Source of the DNA: Orbicella franksi
Taxonomy: Eukaryota
Direction: 5' to 3'
DNA length: 64,000 nt
NCBI GenBank assembly: GCA_964199315.1
Contig: OZ116712.1
Span: 7,440,001 to 7,504,000 of the forward strand
Shown here: piece by piece, positions 1 to 10,207 of the stretch
How positions within the stretch are numbered: the stretch's first letter is position 1
How the letters are laid out: each line of letters begins with the position of its first letter
Made by a program: the position numbers and the translations under genes
Notes under the pieces: model-generated
Database searches by the model: none
The model's input: the letters and a program-made list of their open reading frames with translations, nothing else
Told to the model about the DNA's origin: nothing

Positions 1-1378
1 TTTCATCCTCCAGAGCTAGTCTATCAAATTCAAAACAGTTTGGTATGTTCTTACAACGAAAACTCAAACGGGTAATTCCATCCAGCCTCCTCTTTCCCCT
101 CTCGTGGATCGAGGAGGGTATGGGTTTGTGTTTACGTCCGTTAAACTTGATTCGGTGGACTGTAGCGGGCGGCTATTTAGCTGCCCTGTTCTCAAGTTAG
201 CCCTCGCCAACATTGAATTTTGATGTGTTCTTTAGCTGACGCGGTCATTTGGTAAATCAAGTTCATATTTCCACTAACTGATGAGGGGAAACTGTAAACA
301 CGGATGTCATAATCGTAGACGTAAAATTGTCATTTAAATGTACTCTCTGCTTCACATATCTCCTACTTTCATCAACAGGCTAAAAAGTTAGAACCACCTT
401 ACACTGTACATGGCTCAAGAGAGCATATTCTACAACTTAAATATTTCGTTGTTACAATGCCCGAGGAAGTCAGTTTCTTGCCAGACAATTTCATTCCGAG
501 AATAAACAAATAAAAATTGTCTTGATTTTCCACTCAATTCTCAGAGCTTTACCTCGGGGATAATATATGCAAACAGTTAAGAATTTTGTTTTGTTCCGAG
601 TTAGAAGGGTTGAGGCGTTGATTACTAAGTCAATAAAAAATGTTCGCATAGTACGTGACATTGTACATGTGCACAGACGTATAAATTAGGACTCTAGTGC
701 AGTAGGAATGTGGTGGTAATACCGAACTTCAAAGGCTTGCGGAAAAGCTAAGGTTGAAGTAAATATCGCAGGAATGCAATAAGGAATTTATCTATCATTT
801 ACTGCTAGATGTTCACCTGGGTTAAATGCATCGCCAAACAAATTGAGGTATTTTAATTTGGTATGACGTCATCTTAGGGATACAACGCTCAATTAGTTAT
901 CGTGCACGATAAACAAGGATTTCGTATTGATCATCACTTAACCAAGCACTGATACAGACTAAATTAATTTCCTTGCTTTTCTTCTGCTTGTGGATAAATG
1001 AGCATGATAGTGGTTTAAACTGAAGAGAGAATTAAAAGTGACTGTGACAGCAGATAGGCGTGTAGGCTTCCTTGCAAAGGTCGGAAGGTCTTACGTGAGA
1101 AATAAAATGCAAATTCTGTCTAATAGGCGTCGAGCTGTCAAACCAATGGAGGAGAACACTGATGTTTTTTTTTCTTCCCATCGATGTTTTCTTTACAGTC
1201 AACGCATCGCTTTATTTTGCCAGCGGGACACCTATTCAGCTATCAAGATCGACTCAATTCATTAATCAGCCAGTTGAACGAAAAAGCGTGTCATACACGA
1301 CATTCAGCTGAAGTGGTTGCTATTGTCTTGACTCCGTATCTCTGAAGCCTCGTAAATGAACTCAAGTAAATAACTTAC

Positions 1379-1492
1379 GTTGACATCGGCTCCTTTCCCG
1401 ACAAGGTATTTCATGACGTCCAGCTTCTGTGCTTGGACTGCAATGTGAAGTGGGCTGCGTCCATGCTGAATGGGAGTATTGACCTGGCTTCC
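1379..1492 (-). CDS. MTPN: Myotrophin-like ankyrin-repeat protein, second coding exon (GSQVNTPIQHGRSPLHIAVQAQKLDVMKYLVGKGADVN)
   Basis: Canonical ankyrin motif GRSPLHIA...V.KYLV.KGADVN. Acceptor cctcttgcctcgctcag| and donor AAC|GTAAGT. The exon is 114 nt, phase 0-0, matching my recollection of myotrophin exon 2 (G.DVN...KGADIN). Downstream exons were not found in 1-1378. Confidence 0.85.
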
Positions 1493-1859
1493 CTGAGCGA
1501 GGCAAGAGGTTTAAAATCATACCAAGGTCTTGTTTAAAATATTTCGTATTCTCATAACTTGGTACTTAGGGATTCCATAACAGCGCCTGTATATAACATC
1601 GCGTTAGTCAGACTATCTGTCGCTTGTGTGAGACAATGACTTTTCACCAGGCTTTACGTGCAGTGATACATACTTTAAGATCATGTGAAGTAAAATCTAG
1701 TTTCACCGAAGCAAACACCGCTCTTAAACATAGACGTAAAGATGTAGGGCATTTCGTCCTAAAGCTAACTCGCTAAATCCACCGTAAGCTTAATCAAGAC
1801 ATAACTTTGTCTCTTCTAACCGTTTTTAAAACTTTAAAGTAATTCAAAAGGAAACTTAC

Positions 1860-1928
1860 CGGTCGAGAAAATTTCTCCTTCACGACTTCCAAATTACCCG
1901 ACCTTATCGCTGTTACTAAAATGCTCAT
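1860..1928 (-). CDS. MTPN: Myotrophin-like ankyrin-repeat protein, first coding exon (MSILVTAIRSGNLEVVKEKFSRP)
   Basis: Aligns by eye with the myotrophin N-terminus ([20 protein letters not shown]) and ends at a phase-0 donor CCG|GTAAGT at 1859. Orthology versus paralogy is not established. Confidence 0.7.
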
Positions 1929-2016
1929 TTCTGTTTTAGAAAGTCGTTCGCTCTTCAACAAACCACTTGTGGTCAAATCCGCGCGTCAAATTTTTGAAGA
2001 CTTTAAGTACCACGTC

Positions 2017-2094
2017 TATATATATGCAAGGCCAGCCCTGTAGTCACGTGAAGAGAGCGAGCGCGGGAAAACTAGAAATGTTTGATGTCACGTG
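2017..2094 (-). promoter_or_regulatory. Candidate proximal promoter of the myotrophin-like gene
   Basis: TATATATAG on the minus strand (2025-2017), ~90 nt upstream of the ATG. Two CACGTG E-boxes in GTCACGTG context at 2045-2050 and 2089-2094. Confidence 0.4.
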
Positions 2095-2403
2095 CAGAGT
2101 ATCTTAGGATAAAGTGAAAAAAATGAAGCCGGGGCAAGATTTTATCTGAGATACGAATAACCAGGAAATATCTTGTCTTATTTTATGGTGAAATATGGGA
2201 GATTGGGATCTTTAACTGGAAATACGATTGTTTTAAAATATGCCAAACCAACACAGGATGTCTTCAGTAGAGATTTCCGGTTTTTGAATTTATTTGGAGG
2301 TACGCCTTTTGACGTGTACCAGTTTATATGTCTTTCTTGTAAGGTCTGTAGCCCACAAAGAAGTAATTATTACAGCGTATTTATTTTAGTATTTGGAACT
2401 TAC

Positions 2404-2606
2404 CTGCGAAATATCTCAACAACAAAGCGCTTCCATTGATGTACGATTGTTAGAAACCGGAGAATGTGCCGTAATAGTCGTAATACGGAGATATCTAAAT
2501 ATATCTTCGAATCTCTGTAACAAATCTCCGCTTCACGGAAATATCTCAGGCGGGGACTTCGATATCAGGACATGACTATACTTGGCAAGAAAATATTTCA
2601 TCTTTG
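2404..2606 (-). other. Candidate non-coding (5' UTR) exon upstream of the myotrophin-like CDS
   Basis: Strong acceptor attgttttcgtttttag| and strong donor CGCAG|GTAAGT. All three frames contain stops. A matching acceptor ctttctaaaacag|AA ATG lies just before the ATG at 1928. Confidence 0.35.
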
Positions 2607-4452
2607 CTAAAAACGAAAACAATCTGACGCAACTATCTCGTAATATAGAGTTACATCGTTTCGAGTCTCGTACGTGCGCAAGGTAACGAGTTCGGTATTT
2701 TGTATTTTTTAAGCTTTTTTCAGGGTCCCAAATATGAAGGTAACTTATTATATATCTTCTCGTTTATAGCTATCACCTGTCTGCTTAGCATCGTAAGGAG
2801 AGATCAAATTTTAATCACTTTCGTAAAGCAAAATGTTACCATATTTTCATAAGAAAATACACACTCTTATTAAACTCCTAAAAAAATTCACGGAGACAAC
2901 GCCAGGCATTTCCGCCTGACTTGTAGCTTGCGTCAGGACCGCAGCTCACTTGCCTCAGTCATTTTGTTTGGTTTTGTCTTCGTTTTTGTTGTATATTGTC
3001 ATCAAAAACACCCTAAATTCCTAGGAAGAGAATTTAACCATAGATATTGCCACGCTTTCATTGCATTGATTTGTGAACAAAGTGGAAGCAAAGCCTTTGG
3101 AAACCTTTTGAAAAAATAAGTGTTTTTTATGTCTGTTTGCCGCGTAGTTCTTTAACTGTACTTTTCCTTTTTTAAGAGCAAAATTTTTGATTTTTAATTC
3201 CTTGAGACCCTGTTGCAGACTTGACATAACGAAATGTGTTTTATCTCTCTCATCTGACCTATTTTTTTTACGTCTGTACGCTATACCTGGTAACACGAGG
3301 GAAAAAAATTCACCAATTCTTCCGAGAGGAATAATATAAAATCGATAAAAAAAAAACAAAAAACAGTTTGGGTAGTTTTGATGCGGAACTTATAGAAGCT
3401 ACGTCACGAAGGAAGGAGATTCAGAAACTTATGCTTTGAATACATTTCTGCGAACTGAGATATTTTTATCCTCAGACAAACAAGGCTGTAATCAGTTTTG
3501 CCTTGAAATTGTATCCAGTATTTTAATCTTACGAGACGAACTGTGCCAAGTGAATGAAGCAGTCTAACAATTTTGGTTGAAAGAGGTTTAGCAACTGTCT
3601 CAGGCGGTCATGGCCTACAGCTAAATTGAGCTCAACCACAAGACAGTCTTTTTGTGATAAACATTCATTTCACCAGCCTAATTCTTTCCGCTTTTGCAGT
3701 TAAGAAGCTTACAAAAACCGAAAAAGGAAGAAAAAATTGTTAAAAGCCATTGAAATTTTAAAGATGTTTGACTTAGTACGGTCATAAATATACCTTAAGA
3801 AAATATTAATAGCGCATTTAACTACGCAACAAGAAGACAGCAATTCAAGCTTCGGCTATCGTTGACTCACCGACTGAGGGTTAATAAAGGACATTTCATT
3901 TTACCGGTATCTTCTCAGAAGTGAGTTAGGCCAAAGGAAATGGCGCGTTGTGCAACAGAAGTTTATTGAGTAAGACTGAGTAGTCTCAGAAACGGTCTAG
4001 ACGACACTTAAGCCGCATATTCGCAGGCCAATTTTGTCTCCACAGCATAATATTTCCGGTGCTTTCATTATTTATGCATTTGATGTATTTATTTTTAGCA
4101 TATGTCTAATAGTCACAGTGATAGGTTCATACCCACTGCGTACTATTTTAGTCGACGCTTGAAGAATTAAGAAATCAGACATCGTGATAGTATCGCTGTG
4201 ATTTTGGTTCTTTACTGAAGTAAAGCACCTTTCTTTTGCCTCTTTGTGTGTCGGCTATCGTAAGAAGGCTGCACCTCTTTAACCCTATTCAGACGCGGGG
4301 TGAGAGAGGGGAGAGGGATGTGGAGGATCTTAGGTGGCCCTCTCCAAGTTTGAACGCTCTTAAATTTAAAAGCATTGAAGCAGTGAACTCTAGACGTCAG
4401 TGGCGACTTTTCCTAAAATGTATCTACGGACAATTTGGTTTGACCTGTCATT

Positions 4453-4716
4453 AAATAAAAAAAAAATTAATTATAAAATTTAGAGAGGAAGCCACGTCAG
4501 CCTTAGCTGGTTTTCATGCAGGTCCTCTATCCTGGTCGAATTGGAATTTTAGAAATTAATGTTGGTTTTTCAGGCGGGAGGAAAATCGGAGAACCCGGAG
4601 AAAAATGCGAGAACCAACAACAAACGCAACTCACCGATGACATCGGGTGGGAATAGAACCCTGGCCCACATTGATGGGAGGCGGGCGCTCTCACCACTGC
4701 GCCAAGCCCGCTCCCT
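4453..4716 (-). mobile_element. tRNA-derived SINE
   Basis: Minus-strand 5' end has a Pol III A box (TGGCGCAGTGG) and a B-box-like GGGTTCTATTCC at tRNA-like spacing. It cannot fold into a full tRNA. AT-rich tail at ~4453-4480. Confidence 0.75.
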
Positions 4717-5312
4717 TAAAGGAGCAAGATGGTCGAGGAACATGATGTTCCTATGTCATGTTTTTCAATTTTTCAAAATTTTAATGAATCGTTAATACGA
4801 CCAATAACTAATTACTTTTGCGGCTTCCAACCAATGGTGTAACCATTCCGACGGAGGCTGTAAAGAATTGCATTGATGTGTTACTGTTTAGAAATTGGTT
4901 CTAGAAGGTGACAAATGTTGAGCACACACACAGCATTGCATAGTGTAGCGGGACATATTTTCAAGGAGAAAAAAAAAACGGCAAAATAATAAGGTTCCTT
5001 TCTGCTGCACTTGTTTTTATGGCGCTGATGGTAGTTGTTCTACCACACTGCATAGTGACCCTTTTCTTGCATTTTCTGTTAATCCACACTTTTTTTTTGA
5101 CCATATTGTCGCTTGAATCAGCCCTGTGTTCGCGGCAAAGAAAATAAAAATTTTTCTCCGGAAAGGATGCTCATTCGAAACATTGGCATCTACCCGATAA
5201 AACCCACTAGCCACTGCGCGCGCGTCATTAGCAAATGGTGTATTCTTTAAAAGCAGTTTGCTTTATTTGACGGCAAAAGCTTCCCCGTATGTGCCCCAAA
5301 GAGCCAATTTTA

Positions 5313-5458
5313 GGAACAATGTTCGACAACAATGTTCTGTCAATCTGCACCTCTTTTATTCTTAGGACTAGTGGAATTGTTTTTGTTTTTTATCTTTTGT
5401 TTTGTTTGGTCTATTACAAAGAACATTGTAGACGGTGCAGATGGCCCCACAATGTTTC
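5313..5458. promoter_or_regulatory. Cluster of four ACA(A/T)TGT motifs (DM-domain binding core)
   Basis: Cores at 5316-5322, 5329-5335, 5423-5429 and 5449-5455; the first is the near-palindrome GAACA-A-TGTTC. Function is inferred only. Confidence 0.35.
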
Positions 5459-6432
5459 TTCGTTTACGGTGGCCTTTCTGTTCTCGGAATTTAAAAGCCA
5501 AGCATTGAGGAAAGCTTGTCCTTTTTCGAGATAATCATAATAACGTGAAATACCAGGTCAGCCCGTTGATGTGATATCGAAAGATGACAGGAGAATGGTA
5601 AAACATCTGATATTTGGATATGGAAAGTAATTCTGTTTCAACGAACCCCTCCTACATTAAAGAGAAACGCGTTTCCTAATTTTTGTCTCAAACCACCCAC
5701 GATAAAGAATAAAGAATCTAACCGTCTGTTATAGAGAAAGTTACGACTAAAAACACATATCCGATAATAATCAATTTATTGATAAAACTTAATGATTATT
5801 ATTAATGAAGTAAGTAATTGATTCTTAATCACAATTATATAAATATTCCTTAGCTTCCTTAGTTTTGTTGACTCGCTTGCAGTTCGTTGCTCAGTATTTA
5901 CAGATACTGCAAAGCCAAATTTTCTCAGTCAACTTCTTGATTGACATGCTTTAATCACTAAGCACGCTCCTCATTAGAGGACGGACACGTTGAGAAAAGA
6001 ATCTCTAAAATAAAAGTCTCGTCACTGATTATGAGCTCGTCTGAATTAGAGGAAGTTGGCTGTACTGAGTAAAATTATCTGCATGCTTAAGACCATGGAA
6101 AAATCCACTAAAAACATCTTTTTTCCTTTACACCATGTTAGTTTCCTTTAACAATCCTTTAAAAATCTTTTAACAAAATGAACTTTTTTTTGCACGCTTC
6201 CAGACATTTCTAAGGTAGCTTGTTAAATTTTATTTGATATCAAGCCAGTTTGCCTCTAGTGATCAGTTTGTTTATCCTTACAACTTCCTTACTTGGCTTT
6301 GTACTAATTTGTAGAGGAGAAAGTAGATTATTAATTAGTCACACAGGAATTTGCAAAATAATTTTTCAAATAAACTTTTGGTTTAATTTAATGGTAATTT
6401 TAGTCGTTTTTTGATTGTCTCTTTATTTTAAT

Positions 6433-6649
6433 TTAAGGGAGCTAAGTCACGGCATTTTGAGTTATTTTGGCCGCGTACAAAATTAGTTGAAGATAATAGT
6501 TTACTTAGAAAGAAAAACACCAAAAAGATAAAAATAAATCGTTAAGCGGAACAAGGATGGAAAAGATTAACACGGATTGTAAACGACGAACTTGAAAAAT
6601 TTAGGTTGACCTTTTCGAGATGCGCAAATTGTGACGCAGCTCCTTTCAA
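6433..6649 (+). mobile_element. MITE (~220 bp) with imperfect terminal inverted repeats
   Basis: Left end ttaagggagctaagtcacg; right end reverse-complements to ttgaaaggagctgcgtcac. Homologous copies at 36364-36596 and 8971-9115. Confidence 0.7.
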
Positions 6650-7277
6650 GTGCTAACCAATGCGCGCTATGAATCATTATCCTGTCAATTATTCGAAATT
6701 ACAACAATATGAGCATTTTATTCCCATAATCCTTCATTGTACCTCAAGAATTCACATGCGCCCCTTGCGGAAGTTTCAGTATGATGCTATCCGCTATTAA
6801 ACGAAATGGAACGAACTCACTACATTAAACGCTCACTGCGTCGAACTAAAAGTTTAAATTCTCTATACTTACTACCGTATATTCCTATAAAATTAGATCT
6901 GAGAATTTTGTAGTGCATCTTGTTGCTTGACTATTCTCTGTATTCTCATCGTCCGTCATCTTGAAAATCTGGTGCTTCCTTAAGGAGAAACTAGATGCAA
7001 TTGCAGTTTCTATGCGCTTCATTTTTTTTTTCAGTTGCTTTACTTCCTTAGTTTGAAATTGAGGCCATAGAAGCAAAATACCAAAGGGCTTTTTCTACCA
7101 TTTTCTACTGATGTAAAAAGAGATTTTGAATGCCGCCGATGTCATTCTACCTTAAAAACTATGTTGATGACCTTTGTGTACTAATGCAAATCCGAAATAT
7201 GTTATTGTCATTAAAAAGTTAAATTTCTACTTTACTGCGAACAGTTGAAAAGTCAATCCATTCCCCAGACTTGTCAT

Positions 7278-8062
7278 TCAAAGACCACTGGGTGTTTCAC
7301 TGAGAACTTTTCCACAATGCGCGCAAAACTTGTCAAACATGTTTATCTTGTAACCACACCTGCTACAAAACCGGCTTATGCCAAGTCCACAAGGCCTTTC
7401 ACCTAGCCTCGGTTCTGCCCCATAGGGAGCATGCGCCATAGGGGAAAACTTAACTGCCATTTCCGGTTTAGGCTTCACAAGAAGTGGCGGCGGAAGTGGC
7501 GATGGTGGGTAAATCGCCGATGGTGAACATGCATGAGTACTGGGCAGCGGTCTTGTGATGACGTTTCGAGTCATTGGGCCGTGAAGGAAAGGAGAAGGGT
7601 GATTGGCCGGAGGAAAACCACAGCCACCCAACGCCATCTTGTTGCCTCTCTGCTCTTGGGAGGACAAGAGAAGTTCAATGCTTTCCACAACGCTGCCATT
7701 GCAACTCTGAAGGATGAGTTCCAACGTGCCCCTGTTGTGATGAGGAAAGAGCTTGCCGAGTAGTTCCATCGGCGGGTGTCTCAGGGACAGAGCACTTATT
7801 TCCTTCGACAGCCTTGGATACCTGAACTCCTGAGACCTATCATGAAGGTTTTCCAGTAGATGTTTGTTACTTGAATTGAGAATGTTGTCGACGGAGTGAT
7901 CTGGAGATTTTCTTGTCTCAGGTAAACTTTCATGACGGTCTTTTTCGGTGTGCTCACGCGGCTCCGCTTTCACGTGGAGGTCAGGAGACAGAGCGATTCT
8001 TTTGGGGCTTGTGCTTTCCTCTTCGTCGTCTTCGGAGACTGAGTTGCATCTCTTCAGGGATT
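7278..8062 (-). CDS. DMRT: DMRT coding exon 3 (DMA domain, Pro-rich region, zinc ribbon, stop)
   Basis: Lies within the 273-aa ORF. The ORF's first 12 codons are the T-rich acceptor tract (gtctttttcggaatcattttcag|). Phase-1 junction G|AA = Glu. Confidence 0.9.
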
Positions 8063-8840
8063 CTGAAAATGATTCCGAAAAAGACATTGTGAATGGCAAT
8101 CACGTGACAAAGAGTCACTTGTTCATCCTAGGTACATGATGTAGAAAGACCTTGGCAGAGAGGTTGAACTTGGGTCTACCATGAAACAATTCCGGCTTGT
8201 TCGTTAGCGGTTAGAACGCCACTTAAGTTTGTGACCTGCGAATTGCAGGTCTGTCGGCCACGCTGCCTCCTCAAAAGAGCGAAAGAGCTCTGTTTTGAGC
8301 TTGGCTGTAATGTTTGGTAATGCTTACCTGATAATGGCGTGATTTCTGTTATCCTTGGTTCAATGTGGCTCATGTCTGCGTGAGGGTGCTTATGATAAAA
8401 GTGGTGTCGATGATTGTTTGGGAATCCTAGGAAAGCATATAACAACGCTATTGTTAGTACCAAATGGTAATTAGACATGCAAATGTTACCATTCGGGAAA
8501 CAAAATTGAAAAAGGCTTTACCTGCTAATCCGTTTGTTTGGAACACCATGGAGTACGTCAAACGGGCGTTTTCCAATTCTCTTTGATATTTAGCTCTTAG
8601 TTCAGCTCCTTTGCGTTGCTGTCTCAGTAACGCAACGCGTGCGGCTGTCACGCGTTGCCTTTCAGTGATCAGCTGGCATTTTGCGCATGTGCAGTCTCTC
8701 CAGCGGCAGTAGTGTTTGTGGCCCTTCAACCATGATACCGTGCCATGTGTACGACAGCGAGCGCATTTTGGGACTCTGTGGTGTAGTGAGGGGGAAGTGC
8801 TAGTTTCCTCTTGGCTGTCAGACTCCTTTGTTTCACTCAT
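7278..8840 (-). CDS. DMRT: DMRT-family (doublesex/mab-3 related) transcription factor with DM + DMA domains and C-terminal zinc ribbon; spliced CDS join(8840..8522, 8426..8328, 8062..7278), 1203 nt, 400 aa
   Basis: DM domain [12 protein letters not shown]...[38 protein letters not shown] (~8777-8616). DMA-like [36 protein letters not shown] (~7781-7665). Both introns are GT-AG (GCAG|GTAAAG...ttcctag|GA; TCAG|GTAAGC...ttttcag|AA) and both phase 1, giving one open frame from ATG 8840 to the stop ending at 7278. The symbol is the family name; exact paralog is not assigned. Confidence 0.95.
8328..8426 (-). CDS. DMRT: DMRT coding exon 2 (99 nt, His-rich linker [33 protein letters not shown])
   Basis: Acceptor atgctttcctag| at 8427 and donor CAG|GTAAGC at 8327. 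Symmetric phase 1-1 exon that keeps exons 1 and 3 in frame. Confidence 0.8.
8522..8840 (-). CDS. DMRT: DMRT coding exon 1 (DM domain)
   Basis: Acceptor ttcttgtttctttggattcag|GATC ATG (exon starts 8844, ATG at 8840), so a 5' UTR intron lies upstream. Donor G|GTAAAG at 8521. Encodes MSETKES...DM domain...VFQTNGLA. Confidence 0.93.
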
Positions 8841-8893
8841 GATCCTGAATCCAAAGAAACAAGAAAACTGAGGGATTATCATAGATAATAATT

Positions 8894-8894
<1 letters not shown>

Positions 8895-8925
<31 letters not shown>

Positions 8926-8971
8926 GACGATATTGATAATGATAATGATATTGATAACAATAATGATATTG
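8895..8971. repeat. (GATAAT)n-type microsatellite
   Basis: Directly visible degenerate hexamer run ~50 nt upstream of the DMRT exon-1 acceptor. Confidence 0.85.
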
Positions 8972-9115
8972 AAAAGTTTGTCGTTTGTAATCTGTGTTAA
9001 TCTTCTGCATCCTTCCTTTAGTGTTTATTGTTATCTCTTTGGTGTATTTCTATCTTAGTAAACTACTATTTTCAGGTTACCTTCAATTTAAATTGTTATT
9101 TGGTTAAAATAACTA
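8971..9115 (-). mobile_element. Internal fragment of the same MITE family as 6433-6649
   Basis: Shares ttatctctttggtgt.tt.ctatcttagtaaactactattttcaggtt with 36480-36527. No TIRs are retained. Confidence 0.7.
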
Positions 9116-9123
9116 TATTAATA

Positions 9124-9169
9124 TAATAATGATGATGATGATGATGATGATAATGATGATGATAATGAT
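9124..9169. repeat. (GAT)n microsatellite
   Basis: Directly visible. Confidence 0.85.
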
Positions 9170-9730
9170 CTAGCACACTTAAAGCAATTTAGAAAATAGC
9201 CCGATGAAAATACGCGCGTCGATTGGCTAAAAATCATGTTTCTATTTAACTATTAGATTATGAGCTCTATATTTCTATCCGTGATAGAAATCGAGAGCGA
9301 ATAATCTAATTGTTTTAGGATAAATCTATTAGTCTTTCAAAACTTTATCTAACTCCTCTTTACAGACACCTCGAAAACGCAAAGAAGCAGCCGTTATTTT
9401 GTTAACAAGCGCACACTGCTATGCTACTCACCATCTACAACAGAATAGATAGTGAGTAGCGTAGCCAATCAGAGAACGCCATTCTTGATAGAACGCTAGC
9501 AGATTTATACTAAAACTTGGTAGAAACACAGAACTAGCACACGCTGTTGACGTAATGATGGCGCGAGCAAAGGTAATTTACATTTTGATCATTAAAGTAA
9601 ACAAGTTCTATTTTTTTCGTCGCGGTATTTTATAAAAGAAATAGAAATAAACATGTTTTCCGAAAAAGCTGTGGAAACACTAGCCTATCGACCCGTGTTC
9701 CCAAAGCATTTCTTGTTCTCCCAAACTCCG
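9170..9730. repeat. Composite of dispersed-repeat-like fragments with an internal hairpin
   Basis: Inverted repeat ctactcaccatcta...tagatagtgagtag (~9424-9459) and a partial palindromic segment (gaaaaagctgtggaaacac...gtgttcccaaagcatttc). They resemble non-autonomous elements I recall from anthozoan genomes; family is not assigned. Confidence 0.4.
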
Positions 9731-9896
9731 GCTTTTAGCAGTTGCTGTATTATGGCAATTTCGTCACTATTAAAAATACTATAAGCTTCAATTTTTATTT
9801 TCTTGTTATAGTGTAATTTGTTCCTTCGCAGCCCTTTTGCTCTCAGAACTATGGATGGCAGTCGAAGTTTAGGTTGAAGACATAGTACAGTAGGTT

Positions 9897-10207
9897 AGTG
9901 TGTGACGATTCAAATGAAAGCTATAATTGAGCAGTACGTTCATGTGGTACTGTTTATTATGCTGTACAAGGTGATTCTAACTTTTAAGTCTGTGGATGAA
10001 GCCCTAGTTTGTGACCAAATGAAAGCTATTGAGCTGTATTGTCATGTGATTCTGTTTACATTGATGTACAGTGAATGATATTGTAGTCTAGGACCATTAA
10101 GCTAAAGAAAGCTACTGGGCATCCAAATTCTGTTTATTTTATGGTACAAAGTGGTTCAAAGTCTGTGGATGAAATCCCAATTTGTGGCAATTCAAGCGAA
10201 ACTTCTG
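9897..10207 (+). repeat. Short array of a ~105-110 bp repeat unit
   Basis: Unit gtgtga.cattcaaatgaaagcta.tgagcagtac.ttcatgtggtactgtttattatgctgtacaagg...gtctgtggatgaa recurs at ~9897 and ~10006, then degenerates. Inverse copies occur at 39.5-41.0 kb. Confidence 0.75.

Noticed and set aside
1-145. Possible terminal fragment of a dispersed repeat at the window edge
   Set aside because: Only recalled resemblance; truncated and no second copy in the window.
4640-4716. tRNA gene
   Set aside because: Has A/B boxes but no cloverleaf, and continues into a SINE body and AT-rich tail.
7533-8139. Plus-strand ORFs 7533-7763 and 7948-8139
   Set aside because: Antisense shadows of the GC-richer DMRT exon 3; no independent features.
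8841-8882. N-terminal extension [14 protein letters not shown] of the DM ORF (and the similar leaders of ORFs 8176-8478 and 7278-8099)
   Set aside because: These are translations of polypyrimidine acceptor tracts; splice signals explain them better.
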